Source of the DNA: Anaeramoeba ignava BMAN
Taxonomy: Eukaryota > Protista > Anaeramoebae
Reading direction: 5' to 3'
Length of the DNA stretch: 64,000 bases
Assembly (NCBI GenBank): GCA_028826165.1
Contig: JAPDFW010000136.1
Span: 186,001 to 250,000, forward strand
Position 1 is the first letter of the stretch. Every line of letters starts with the position of its first letter. The notes below the pieces were generated by a model. That model was given only the letters and a program-made list of their open reading frames with translations, ran no database searches and was not told the DNA's origin. Position numbers and translations under genes: made by a program. This document shows, one piece after another, positions 15,001 to 26,300 of this stretch.

Positions 15001-18000
15001 GAGTCGATATTGTTGGGAGTGCAATCTTCTTGGCACAGGTTTTGAGTTCTGCGTCTTTGGATCTCCATCCAAATTGTTCTTTTCATGCGCCTCTTTTTGC
15101 TCTCGAAAAAATTGAACAGGGATAGATAAGTTTGATGATGATAAGGTTCGTTTATGAATTGGTCTTTTACCGAATTGATCGAAATTTGGTTTAATTTTAA
15201 CCTCGCTTTGTGGTTTTACTCCCTGTATTTCATAACTATCAGTAAAAGGCATCTTTTTTAAATAATCTTGACTAACAATAGTTAGTGCTTCTTCGCGTTC
15301 GTATTGATCCAATGTATCCAGTCCTTCGAAGCACCATCCGTTTTTTAAATATGCCTTTGCAAGCAAAAAAAGCACTTGTGATTTGATGCCGCGAGGTAAA
15401 GCATTTTTGGGAAGAGAAGAAAGAAGAGATATGGCCTTCTCAACGTGCGAACTTTTAAGATAAATTTTGGCAAGTGTTATTTGGATTTCAATGAATTGTG
15501 TGTTTAATTTCTGGTTCTTCTCATCTGTCTTTATGATCGGATTGATGATTCCGCATGCCTGATTTAGAACCTTTGCTGCCTCCTCAAAATCCCCAAGACT
15601 CAAGAGCAAAGAACTGATCACTTCTGAGACAAAAATGACTTCGTTGATTCTGTTTTGTTTTTTCATCGTTTCCAAAATCTGAAAGTAATATTTTAGAGAA
15701 TTTTTCAGATCGTTATTTTCATAGCAAATCGTTGCCATCCGTTTCGTGAAAATCCCAATTTCTTTTGTCCCAATCACCTTGAAAATTCTCATTGCATTTT
15801 GCAAAGATAAAATGGCATATTTGTATTTCATATTGATGATTAGTATGTCTCCATATCCAAGCATAACGTTTGTCCCATATCTTGTCAGTAACGGAATAAG
15901 CAAGTTTGATTTGAATAATTTCCCATCTTTTTTTTCTGTTTTATCTTTCTGTTCCTCCTCTTCTTCTAGCTTAGTTTCACTACTTTTACGATCCAAAATG
16001 AATAAACTTTCGCAAAGAAATTGTTCTGCAATAGGATATTTGGCTGTGTTTAAATAATGAATCCCAACAGAATACGCAATTTTGGATTTAAGTAAACTAT
16101 CGTAATAATTTTCAAGATTGAGATTATTATAAATGGAAACCATTTCTTCAACTCTTTTCTCTTCATTAACAATAATTTCATCCCGAAAATTCGAGGTGAT
16201 TGCTCTAAAATCAATATCATTTGTAAAATCTGTGTTTGTAAAAGCCCAATTCTCTCCTGTTAATGGAGAGATAAAATTAAAATATAAGCAAAGATCAACT
16301 AATGCGCTTCCTTTTAAAAATTCAGCTATATTTTTTTTTAAAATAATAATAATAATAACAACAGATAAATTCAAATTAAATTTCTTTTTTCTTTTTTTTT
16401 CTTTTACATTCTGTTACTCCATTTTTTCTTTTTATGTTTTTCTTCTCTAATTCCTTTGCTTCATAATAAATTCTTCTGAATTCTTCAATAACATTAACTT
16501 GATATTCAAAAGAAATGTCATCTTGATGTGAATAATATTCAATTAATAAAAGATCAAAATGAAGATGGTTTTGGGAAGTGTATTTATCAGAAACCTTTTT
16601 CAAATATTCTTTAAATTTTGCTTCCTTTGAATTAATTCCCAAAATCCTTAAAATGGATAAAACAATATTGAAAATATTTTGATCATCATCTTCTTGAGCA
16701 GAAATTTTTTGAGTTGTTAAAGTTTCAAATTGAGTGAAAAAATTTGTTGCAATTTCTTGAACTTTTTCTTTTTTTTCTTTATAATAATTTGCTGTAATTG
16801 CTTCAAGAAATATTTGAAACCATTTTAGAGAGAACTAAATTAAAAAAAAATAAATTAAAATTAAAATTAAAAATCTTTTCTTTTTTCAAAAATTACTTGT
16901 TCAACATGAGGAAGTGATTCATTTATAAAATTATCTTCGCAAGCTTGATTTAATGTTTCACTCCAATTATTTAAATATTTAATTATTAAATTTGAAAGCC
17001 AATTTTCTAATGTTCTTTCTGTGAAAACTCGATTTTTTGTTTTTCCCCAAGAAGAATAAAGTATTGAAGGAGGAGGATATTTAACAAGGCAATAAAAAGT
17101 ATTTATTGATTGTCGAATTTTCCATTTTGGTAAGAATTTATTTGTTTGTTTTTCTTCGAGAAGCTTTTATTTATTTTAATTTTCAATTTTCAATTTTAAA
17201 TTTTAAATTTAATTTTCAAATCTTTTCTTACAACTTTGCGTAATAATGAACCAAAATTTGGACGACTTGCTTTTGGTGTAATTTTTGTAGAATCTTCATC
17301 TTCATCAATTTCTTTATCCCAATCAGAAAAAGATTCAGAATCCTGTTTCAAATCTAAAGAAAGTTTATTTTGCTCATTTATCTAATAAAATGATTTATAA
17401 TTTTTAATAAAATGATTTATATTTTTAATTTATATTTTTTAATTTATACTTTTTCAATTTCTGTGTTAATCTCTTTTATTTTTTGTTCATATTTTTCCTT
17501 TCTTTTTTCATTTTCACAGCAACTTAAATATTTAATTGCAAGTTCAATAAATTTTTTAGACAATTCCTTTGAAACAAAAGAATTACTTAGAACAAAATAA
17601 ATATCTCCAATAAGATAACAAGCTCTTGAAAGAAGTAAATAGTCTTCAGCAGTGAAGAAAAAAGAAAAACTGGAAGTTTCAAAACTCATTCTTCTTTTTG
17701 ATTTTTTAGTTTTGCGTTTAAATTGTTCGAGTTTATCAAATCTTGATTTTGTTAAATGTTTTAATGATAGTTCTGCCATATTAAGTGCATCATGTGAGTT
17801 GTTAGTTTTGCTAAAAAGAACAGCAATCTCCAATTCAACACATGATTCCATTTTCAAATTTCTTTGTTGTTTGGATAATTCAAGTGCTTGAAAAAGTGTT
17901 TTTTTTGCTTTTTCATTTTTTTGTTTTTTTTGGAATAATTTTGCAAATTGAATTTCGCTTTCAATTTCTAATTTTGAGCAATTTTCAAGTAAATTTCTTG

Positions 18001-20198
18001 AGTTTTTTGGTGATTTTCCTTTGCTTCTTTGAATTTCTCTTATTTTATTCTCAAGTTTTTTGCGATATTGTGAAATTTCTGTGATGATTTCTGAAAATTG
18101 AGATCTTGATTGCTTAAAATTTTTTTGTTTTTGGTAATATAAACCTAATTGAAATTTCTTTTGATTTTTTTTAATAACATCCTAAAAAGAAAAAAAGAAA
18201 AAAGGAAAAATTATTATTTAAAAAAGAAAATTGAAAAGAGAAATGTAGATAAATTTACATTTAAAGGATTTTTCTTGATTAATCTTATTTTGAATTTGTT
18301 CAATTTCATTTTCGAGTTCTTTTTGAGAAAAGAAAGGAGAATTTGGATCTTCAGTTGTTGGAAGAAGTTTTCTTCCATCTTTTAAAAAAGAAAAGAAACG
18401 AAAAAAATTTTTAATAAATTTATAAATTAATAAATTAATAAATTTATAAATTAATAGAATGAATTTTAATTTATAAATCAATAGAATGAATTTTATTTTA
18501 TAAATTTATAAATCAATAGAATGAATTTTATTTTATAAATTAATAGAATGAATTTTATTTTGTAAATTAATAGAATGAATTTGGTTTTATAAATACCAGG
18601 TAAAATATCTAATAAATTTTGTAAACTGTCTATTGTTGGTATTTTTGAAGAATCATTTTTTGTAAAAGGATTGATAATTGATGAAACTAAAAAAGGGAAA
18701 AATTTTTATTTTTTTTAATAAAATTATTTAGAAAATTATTTATTAAATTATTTATAAAATTATTTATAAAATTAATTATTAAATTATTTATAAAATTATT
18801 TATAAAATTAATTATAAATTATTTATAAAATTAATTATAAAATTAATTATAAAATTATTTATTAAATTATTTATAAAATTAATTATAAATTATTTATAAA
18901 ATTAATTATAAAATTAATTATAAAATTATTTATAAAATTATTTATTAAATTATTTATAAAATTAATTATAAAATTATTTATTAAATTAATTATAAAATTA
19001 ATTATAAAATTATTTATTAAATTATTTATAAAATTAATTATAAAATTATTTATAAAATTAATTATTAAATTATTTATAAAATTATTTATTAAATTATTTA
19101 TTAAATTATTTATAAAATTAATTATAAAATTATTTATTAAATTATTTATAAAATTAAATATTAAATTAATTATAAAATTATTTATAAAATTATTTATAAA
19201 ATTATTTATAAAATTATTTATAAAATTATTTATAAAATTATTTATAAAATTATTTATAAAATTAATTATTAAATTAATTATAAAATTAATTATTAAATTA
19301 TTTATAAAATTATTTATAAAATTATTTATAAAATTATTTATTAAATTATTTATAAAATTAATTATAAAATTAAATATAAAATTTATTATAAAATTATTTA
19401 TTAAATTATTTATAAAATTATTTATAAAATTATTTATAAAATTATTTATAAAATTATTTATAAAATTATTTATAAAATTATTTATAAAATTAATTATAAA
19501 ATTAATTATAAAATTATTTATAAAATTTAATATTAAATTAATTATAAAATTATTTATTAAATTATTTATAAAATTATTTATTAAATTTATTATTAAATTA
19601 TTTAGAAAATTAATTATAAAATTATTTATTAAATTATTTATAAAATTTATTATTAAATTATTTATAAAATTATTTATTAAATTATTTATAAAATTAAATA
19701 TAAAATTATTTATAAAATTAATTATAAAATTATTTATAAAATTATTTATAAAATTATTTATAAAATTTTACATTTTTTTAATCCATCAAATGGATTTGTA
19801 TCAACTTCAAAATCTGAAGGTTGTTCATTAAAATCATCATCTTTAAAATTATTAGAAATAGTTTCAGATCTCTTAACTTGAAGATCAGGAGTGCCATTGC
19901 CAAAATCAAAGTCATTTTCCCAATCATTAGAAACATCCACCATTTTAGAAACAAGACCAATAATAGGCTTTGACGTTGTTTTGTTTGAAGGAAATAAAAA
20001 GGAAGTTGACTTTGACAAATCTCGAGTATCAGTTTTGCTATTGGCATTGATACTATTATGTCTAACTTCAGTTTCTTTATCATCATCAAAAAAATCAAGA
20101 GAATTTTCTGAAAAATTTGGGTTGTCAATTTTAATTGATAAAGATGGGTCAGGAATCCATTCATCATCTTCAAAACTGCTAACTTCGCCTTGTGACAT
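12088..20198 (-). CDS. Large (~2,100-2,200 aa) multi-exon TPR/helical-repeat protein with a degenerate CHAT/separase-like segment near the C-terminus
   Basis: Exons rebuilt at 20198-19772, 18686-18597, 18378-18259, 18181-17450, 17381-~17232, two more small exons, and a terminal exon 16325-12088. One junction (18259/18181) is out of phase by one base. TPR-like helices (LGDFEEAAKVL, LAKIYLK, LAKAYLK) and the motif LMLICSKWLSAFPWE..IVRSFSL. Confidence 0.65.
18720..19765. repeat. 12-bp satellite (AAATTATTTATA)n inside intron 1 (19771-18687) of the TPR gene
   Basis: Direct tandem repeat of the same unit family as 5620-7200, bounded by in-frame GT/AG. Confidence 0.95.
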
Positions 20199-20674
20199 AA
20201 ATTAGATTAATAAATTATCAAAAAAATAATAATAAAAAATAATAAAAATAAAAATAAAAATAAAAATAAACGGAAATTTTAAAAATAAAAGGAATTAAAT
20301 TTAAAGGAGAAAAAGAAATTTTTTTTTTTCTTTTGAATTGAATTCTTTGTTGTTTGGTTTTTGTTGTAATAAAAATAAAAAGAAAATTAAAAAGAAAAAA
20401 AATGAAAAAAAAAATTTAAAATAAAAAATAATTTAAAATAACAATTATTAAAAAAAAAAAAGATTTAAAAATAAATTTTGATTTGTTTTGATTTGCTGTT
20501 GTTTTAATTGAAAATGACTTTGAAATTTGATTAAAATTGAAATGGGAAAAAAAAAAAAAGAAAAAAAAAAGGTTGGAAAATTAAAAGAAATTGAAAAAAA
20601 AAAGACTTAAAAAAAAAAGAGAAAAAAGTTTTTGAATTTGAATTTTAAATTTTAAATTTGATTAAATTTTTTTT

Positions 20675-22123
20675 TTAAAGCATTCCATGTTCTTCCAAAT
20701 ATTCTTCAATTTGAAGTAATCTGTTATATTTAGCGGTTCTTTCACCTCTAGCAGGAGCACCAGTCTTAATATAACCGGCACCAATACCAACAACTAAATC
20801 AGAAATAACGGAATTTGTAGTTTCGCCGGAACGATGAGAAACAACAACTGAACCGTTATTTCCGTGGATCAAACGGACAGCTTCATAACCCTCCTTCATG
20901 GTACCAATTTGGTTGATTTTAAGCAATAGCGCATTGGCCCATTTCTCTTCAATGCCTTGTTTGATCAAACGGGGATTACTTGTTGTGATGTCATCTTGAA
21001 CAATCATGATTTTGTCTCCTAATTTTTGGGTCATATTGATCCATCCTGCGTAATCCTTCTCATCTAATCCATCCTCAATTGACATAATTCCGGGGTGATT
21101 TTTGACTAATTCGACATAATAATCAACCAATTCTTCAGATGTCAAAAATTTGCCTTCTGTGATTTCATAAAGTTTTTTTTCACTATCATAAAACTCACTG
21201 GATGCCGAGTCAAGAGCCAAACCAATATCCTCGCCCACTTTGAATCCAGCTGTGGTGATTGCCTCTTCGATGATGTTCAAGGCTTCATCGGGGGTGTCTA
21301 TCAAGGGAGCGAAACCGCCTTCATCACCAAGATTTTTTGCTGAAACTCCGTATTTCTTGACAACTAAACCTCCAAGTGTATGATAAACAGCAACAACGCG
21401 GCGAAGACGCTCTTTGAAGGGCACATTTCTACTGGGCACAATCATGAACTCTTGGATCTTCAACTTGCCTCCTGCATGCTTTCCTCCATTGAGGATATTG
21501 ACCATAGGAACAGGAAGTGCGAATTTTTTGGGAATTTTGTCTTTTCCATAAAAATTTTTTGCCACGTGTAAAAATAACGGTTCATCATTAAGAATTGCAG
21601 CAGCTTCTGCTAAGGCAAAACTTGTGGCTGTGATGGCGTTTCCTCCAATCTTTGTCTTAAGTTCAGTGCCGTCAATTTTGCACATAAGTTCATCGAGAAC
21701 GTTCTGGTCAAAAAGCTCTTTTCCTTTAAGTTGAGGGGACAATATTTCATTGACGTTCTTGCAGGCAGTGAGAACTCCTTTTCCACCGTAGACTCCTTTG
21801 TCTCCATCTCGCAATTCAAGTGCCTCATTTGAACCTGTTGATGCTCCTGATGGTGCTGAAGATCTTGCTATCAATTTCACTTGTCCGTTGACTTTGGCAT
21901 ACACATCAACTTCAACCGTTGGATTTCCTCGTGAATCAAGGATTTGTCTTGCTACTAATTTTTCAATTACTGGTTTGTGTGCATAACGTCCAAATGCATT
22001 CGCAAAAAATCCAAAAGGATCTTCAGGTAATTTTTCAAGACATTCGTTTAAAACATCTTCAAAATTTTGACTAATTTTGTTTTTTTCAAGATATTCTTTC
22101 AATTCTGCAATTTTGCTTTCCAT
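20675..22123 (-). CDS. ENO: Enolase with ~50-aa N-terminal RIIa/Dpy-30-like docking extension
   Basis: ILDSRGNPTVEV, PSGASTG, NGGKHAG, QEFM, GDEGG, IEDG, LLKINQIG, SHRSGET, IKTG and ERTAKYN are all present; intronless. Confidence 0.97.
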   Translation of the reverse strand: MESKIAELKEYLEKNKISQNFEDVLNECLEKLPEDPFGFFANAFGRYAHKPVIEKLVARQILDSRGNPTVEVDVYAKVNGQVKLIARSSAPSGASTGSNEALELRDGDKGVYGGKGVLTACKNVNEILSPQLKGKELFDQNVLDELMCKIDGTELKTKIGGNAITATSFALAEAAAILNDEPLFLHVAKNFYGKDKIPKKFALPVPMVNILNGGKHAGGKLKIQEFMIVPSRNVPFKERLRRVVAVYHTLGGLVVKKYGVSAKNLGDEGGFAPLIDTPDEALNIIEEAITTAGFKVGEDIGLALDSASSEFYDSEKKLYEITEGKFLTSEELVDYYVELVKNHPGIMSIEDGLDEKDYAGWINMTQKLGDKIMIVQDDITTSNPRLIKQGIEEKWANALLLKINQIGTMKEGYEAVRLIHGNNGSVVVSHRSGETTNSVISDLVVGIGAGYIKTGAPARGERTAKYNRLLQIEEYLEEHGML

Positions 22124-22353
22124 TTGATTGATTCTTTCTTTATAATTTTTATTTTTAATTTAATTTTTAATTTATTTTTTAATTTATTTTTTGCTTTATT
22201 TTTTTTACCTATTAAAAATTAAGTGGAAAAGAAAAAAATGAAAAATTAATAAAAAATTAAAAAAAAATTAAAAAAAGAAAAAAAATTTTTTTTTCATTTT
22301 TTTTTCTCCTTTTTCTTTTTTTTTCTCCTTTCTTTAATAATAACTAAAATAAA

Positions 22354-23220
22354 ATGCAAAAAAAATTAAATATCCTTCATAAACCAATTTTAGTTTTTGA
22401 TTCCCTTTTAAAATCAACTCTTCCTCAACATTTTAGACAAATTGTATTGCAAAAAACCCCTCAAAAACAATTCCAAATTGGAAGTGGAGCTTTTTCAGAA
22501 AAACAAATTGAAACAATTAAAAAAAAATTGTCAAAAGAAATTAAAAAAATAACTGTTGTTGATTTACGCAAAGAAACTCACGCGTATCTCAATGGATTAC
22601 CTATTTCCTGGTATGGGAAACACAACTGGACAAACCGTAAAAAAACAAACGAAGAAGTTGAACTTGACACTTTAAAAAAAATAACGGAATTAAAAACGGA
22701 AAAAAATGTCAAAATTTATGAAATCAAAGAAAAAATGGAAGACAATGAAAATATAAAAGCAAAAGAGAAAATCGTTCCTGTTCATCTTTTAGAGACAGAA
22801 TCAGAGTTTGCAAAGAGAATGGGGTTTGATTACAAGAGATTTTATATAAACGATCATATGCTTCCTTCTCCTTTTACAGAAGTCGATCGTTTTGTGAATT
22901 TTTTCAAGTCAATTTCGCTTGATGAAACACTCTTTTTCCACTGTAGAGGTGGTTGGGGAAGAACTACTACTTTTTTGATAATGCAAGATATTCTCAAAAA
23001 TCATAATAAAAAACCTCTTTTGTTTTTCATTCAAAAACACCAAAGATTTGGCGGTTTAAATTTGTTCCAAATTTCTTCTTCTTGGAAAAAGAAATATTCA
23101 AAACAAAGAAAAAACTTCATTTCTTTGTTTTATCGTTATGCTAATTATGCTTCTTCTTCAGATTATAGTTTGTCTTTTTCGAATTGGATGAAAACGAAAG
23201 AAAATATTATTAAAATTTGA
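22354..23220 (+). CDS. Protein-tyrosine-phosphatase-like phytase (inositol polyphosphate phosphatase, PhyA/LppA type)
   Basis: VVDLRKETHAYLNGLPISWYGKHNW matches the PhyA DLRQESHG..GIPVSWYG motif; P-loop FHCRGGWGRTT (CX5R). Confidence 0.85.
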   Translation: MQKKLNILHKPILVFDSLLKSTLPQHFRQIVLQKTPQKQFQIGSGAFSEKQIETIKKKLSKEIKKITVVDLRKETHAYLNGLPISWYGKHNWTNRKKTNEEVELDTLKKITELKTEKNVKIYEIKEKMEDNENIKAKEKIVPVHLLETESEFAKRMGFDYKRFYINDHMLPSPFTEVDRFVNFFKSISLDETLFFHCRGGWGRTTTFLIMQDILKNHNKKPLLFFIQKHQRFGGLNLFQISSSWKKKYSKQRKNFISLFYRYANYASSSDYSLSFSNWMKTKENIIKI

Positions 23221-23341
23221 TTTTTTTTTTTTTTGATCAAAATTTAATTTAGATAGAAAATAAATTTTTCATTTTTTCTTTTTTTTTTTTCTTTAAAAAT
23301 ATATATATTATTATTATATAAATAAAATAACATAAAAAAAA

Positions 23342-26300
23342 ATGAGTTCAAGAAGTATAAATTTACAAAATTCACCAGAAGTGCAAAAGGTATTTAACAA
23401 TCAATTTAAAAATTAATTTAAAAATTTAAAAATGAATTTACAATTTAAAAATGAATTTACAAACGAATTTACAAATGAATTTAAAAATGAATTTACCAAT
23501 GAATTTACAAATGAATTTACAATTTAAAAATCAATTTAAAAATGAATTTAAAAATCAATTTACAAATGAATTTAAAAATGAATTTACAAATGAATTTAAA
23601 AATGAATTTACAAATGAATTTAAAAATGAATTTAAAAATGAATTTACAAATCAATTTAAAAATGAATTTAAAAATGAATTTACAATTTAAAAATGAATTT
23701 AAAAATGAATTTACAATTTAAAAATGAATTTAAAAATGAATTCAAAAATGAATTTAAAAATGAATTTAAAAATGAATTTAAAAATGAATTTAAAAATGAA
23801 TTTAAAATGAATTTAAAAATGAATTTAAAAATGAATTTACAATTTAAAAATGAATTTAAAAATGAATTTACAATTTAAAAATGAATTTAAAAATGAATTT
23901 AAAAATCAATTTAAAAATCAATTTAAAAATGAATTTAAAAATGAATTTAAAAATGAATTTAAAAATGAATTTACAAATGAATTTAAAAATGAATTTAAAA
24001 ATCAATTTAAAAATGAATTTACAAATCAATTTAAAAATCAATTTACAAATGAATTTAAAAATGAATTTAAAAATGAATTTAAAAATGAATTTAAAAATGA
24101 ATTTAAAAATGAATTTAAAAATGAATTTAAAAATGAATTTACAAATCAATTTACAAATCAATTTAAAAATGAATTTAAAAATGAATTTAAAAATGAATTT
24201 AAAAATGAATTTAAAAATGAATTTAAAAATGAATTTAAAAATCAATTCAAAAATGAATTTAAAAATGAATTTAAAAATCAATTTACAAATGAATTTAAAA
24301 ATCAATTTAAAAATGAATTTACAATTTAAAAATGAATTTACAATTTAATTTAAAAATGAATTTACAATTTACAAATGAATTTAAAAATGAATTTACAAAT
24401 GAATTTAAAAATGAATTTAAAAATGAATTTACAAATGAATTTAAAAATGAATTTAAAAATGAATTTAAAAATGAATTTAAAAATGAATTTAAAAAAATTT
24501 ACAATTTAAAAATGAATTTAAAAATGAATTTAAAAATGAATTTAAAAATGAATTTAAAAATGAATTTACAAATCAATTTAAAAATCAATTTAAAAATGAA
24601 TTTAAAAATGAATTTAAAAATGAATTTAAAAATCAATTTAAAAATGAATTTACAATTTAAAAATGAATTTACAAACAAATTTAAAAATGAATTTACAAAT
24701 GAATTTAAAAATGAATTTACAATTTAAAAATGAATTTACAAATCAATTTACAATTTACAAATGAATTTACAAATGAATTTAAAAATGAATTTACAATTTA
24801 AAAATGAATTTACAATTTACAAATGAATTCAAAAATGAATTTAAAAATGAATTTAAAAATGAATTTACAAATGAATTTACAAATGAATTTAAAAATGAAT
24901 TTAAAAATGAATTTAAAAATGAATTTACAAATGAATTTAAAAATCAATTCAAAAATGAATTTAAAAATGAATTTAAAAATGAATTTAAAAATTAATTTAC
25001 AATTTAAAAATGAATTTTTTGATTGAAGGTTTATGTAAATTGGTGTAATTCATATTTACGTTCACTTAATTTAAAAGTATCCAATTTGGATAAAGATTTT
25101 CAGAATGGAGTTTTATTGATTAAATTAGTTGAAATAATTTCAGGTCAAAAATGCAAATTAAAATATAGACAACATCCAAAAAATCAAATAGAATTGATTG
25201 ATAATTGTTCTGTAGCTCTTCGTTATGTGAAGTTTTAGTAAAATGAATTTGCAAAAATGAAGGTTTTATTAAAATTTATATCAAAATTTAAAAATCAAAA
25301 TTTTATCAAAATTTATATCAAAATTTATATTTAAAAATTAAAATTTACAAAATTTAATAAAATTTTATATCAAAATTTATATTCAAAATCAAAAATTTAT
25401 CAAAAATTTTATCAAAATTTATATTAAAAAATAAAATTTAAAATTGATTAAAATTTATAAATAAAAATTTATAAATTTTATCAAAAAATCAAAAATTTAT
25501 AATTTAAAAATTAATTTAAAAAATCTAAAATTTATATCAAAAATTTATATTAAAATTTATATTAAAATTTAATTTAAAAATTATTTAAAAAATCAAAATT
25601 TATTTAAAAATAAATTTATATTTATTAAAATTTATATTAAAATTTATATCAAAATTTATATCAAAATTTATATTAAAATTTATATTAAAATTTATATTTA
25701 AATTTATATCAAAATTTATATCTAAATTTAAATCTAAATTTAATTTGGATCAAAAAAATTTTTCAGAATGGATATTTTATTTGATTAAAATTAGTTGAAT
25801 TAATTTCAAAATTTAGGTCAAATTTGCAAAATTTAAAATTTATATTAAAAACATCCAAAAATCAAAATTTAAATCAAATTTATTCTAAATTTGTTCTTTA
25901 TAATCAAATTTATATCTAAATTTATATCAAAATTTATATTAAAATTTATATTTAAGTTTATATTAAATTTATTTTTATATCTAAATTTATTTTAAATTTA
26001 TATTAAAATTTATATTAAAATTTATAATCAAAATTATATTAAAATTTATATTAAAATTTATATCAAAATTTATATCTAAAATTTATATTAAAATTTATAT
26101 TTAAATTTATATCAAATTTATATTAAAATTTATATTAAAATTTATATTAAAATTTATATTTAAATTTATATCAAAATTTATATTTAAATTTTATATTAAA
26201 TTTATAATCAAAATTTATATTTAAATTATAAAACTTATCAAAATTTATATTTAAATTTATTTATTTTTAGATCTTTCTAAAGGAGATTTAAAACAAATTA

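Noticed and set aside
13440-16450. Plus-strand ORFs overlapping the TPR gene, and similar antisense ORFs over enolase, FN3, FG-GAP and ARF
   Set aside because: Shadow ORFs of real genes, with no recognisable motifs
23451-25026. ORFs made of NEFK/MNLK, IKLF, IKLYF, ILIL, DFDF or KIKI repeats here and at 5510-6350, 37292-39896, 51221, 58681, 61241-61942
   Set aside because: Stop-free frames of satellites, mostly lying in introns or intergenic DNA, or off-frame/antisense readings of coding microsatellites
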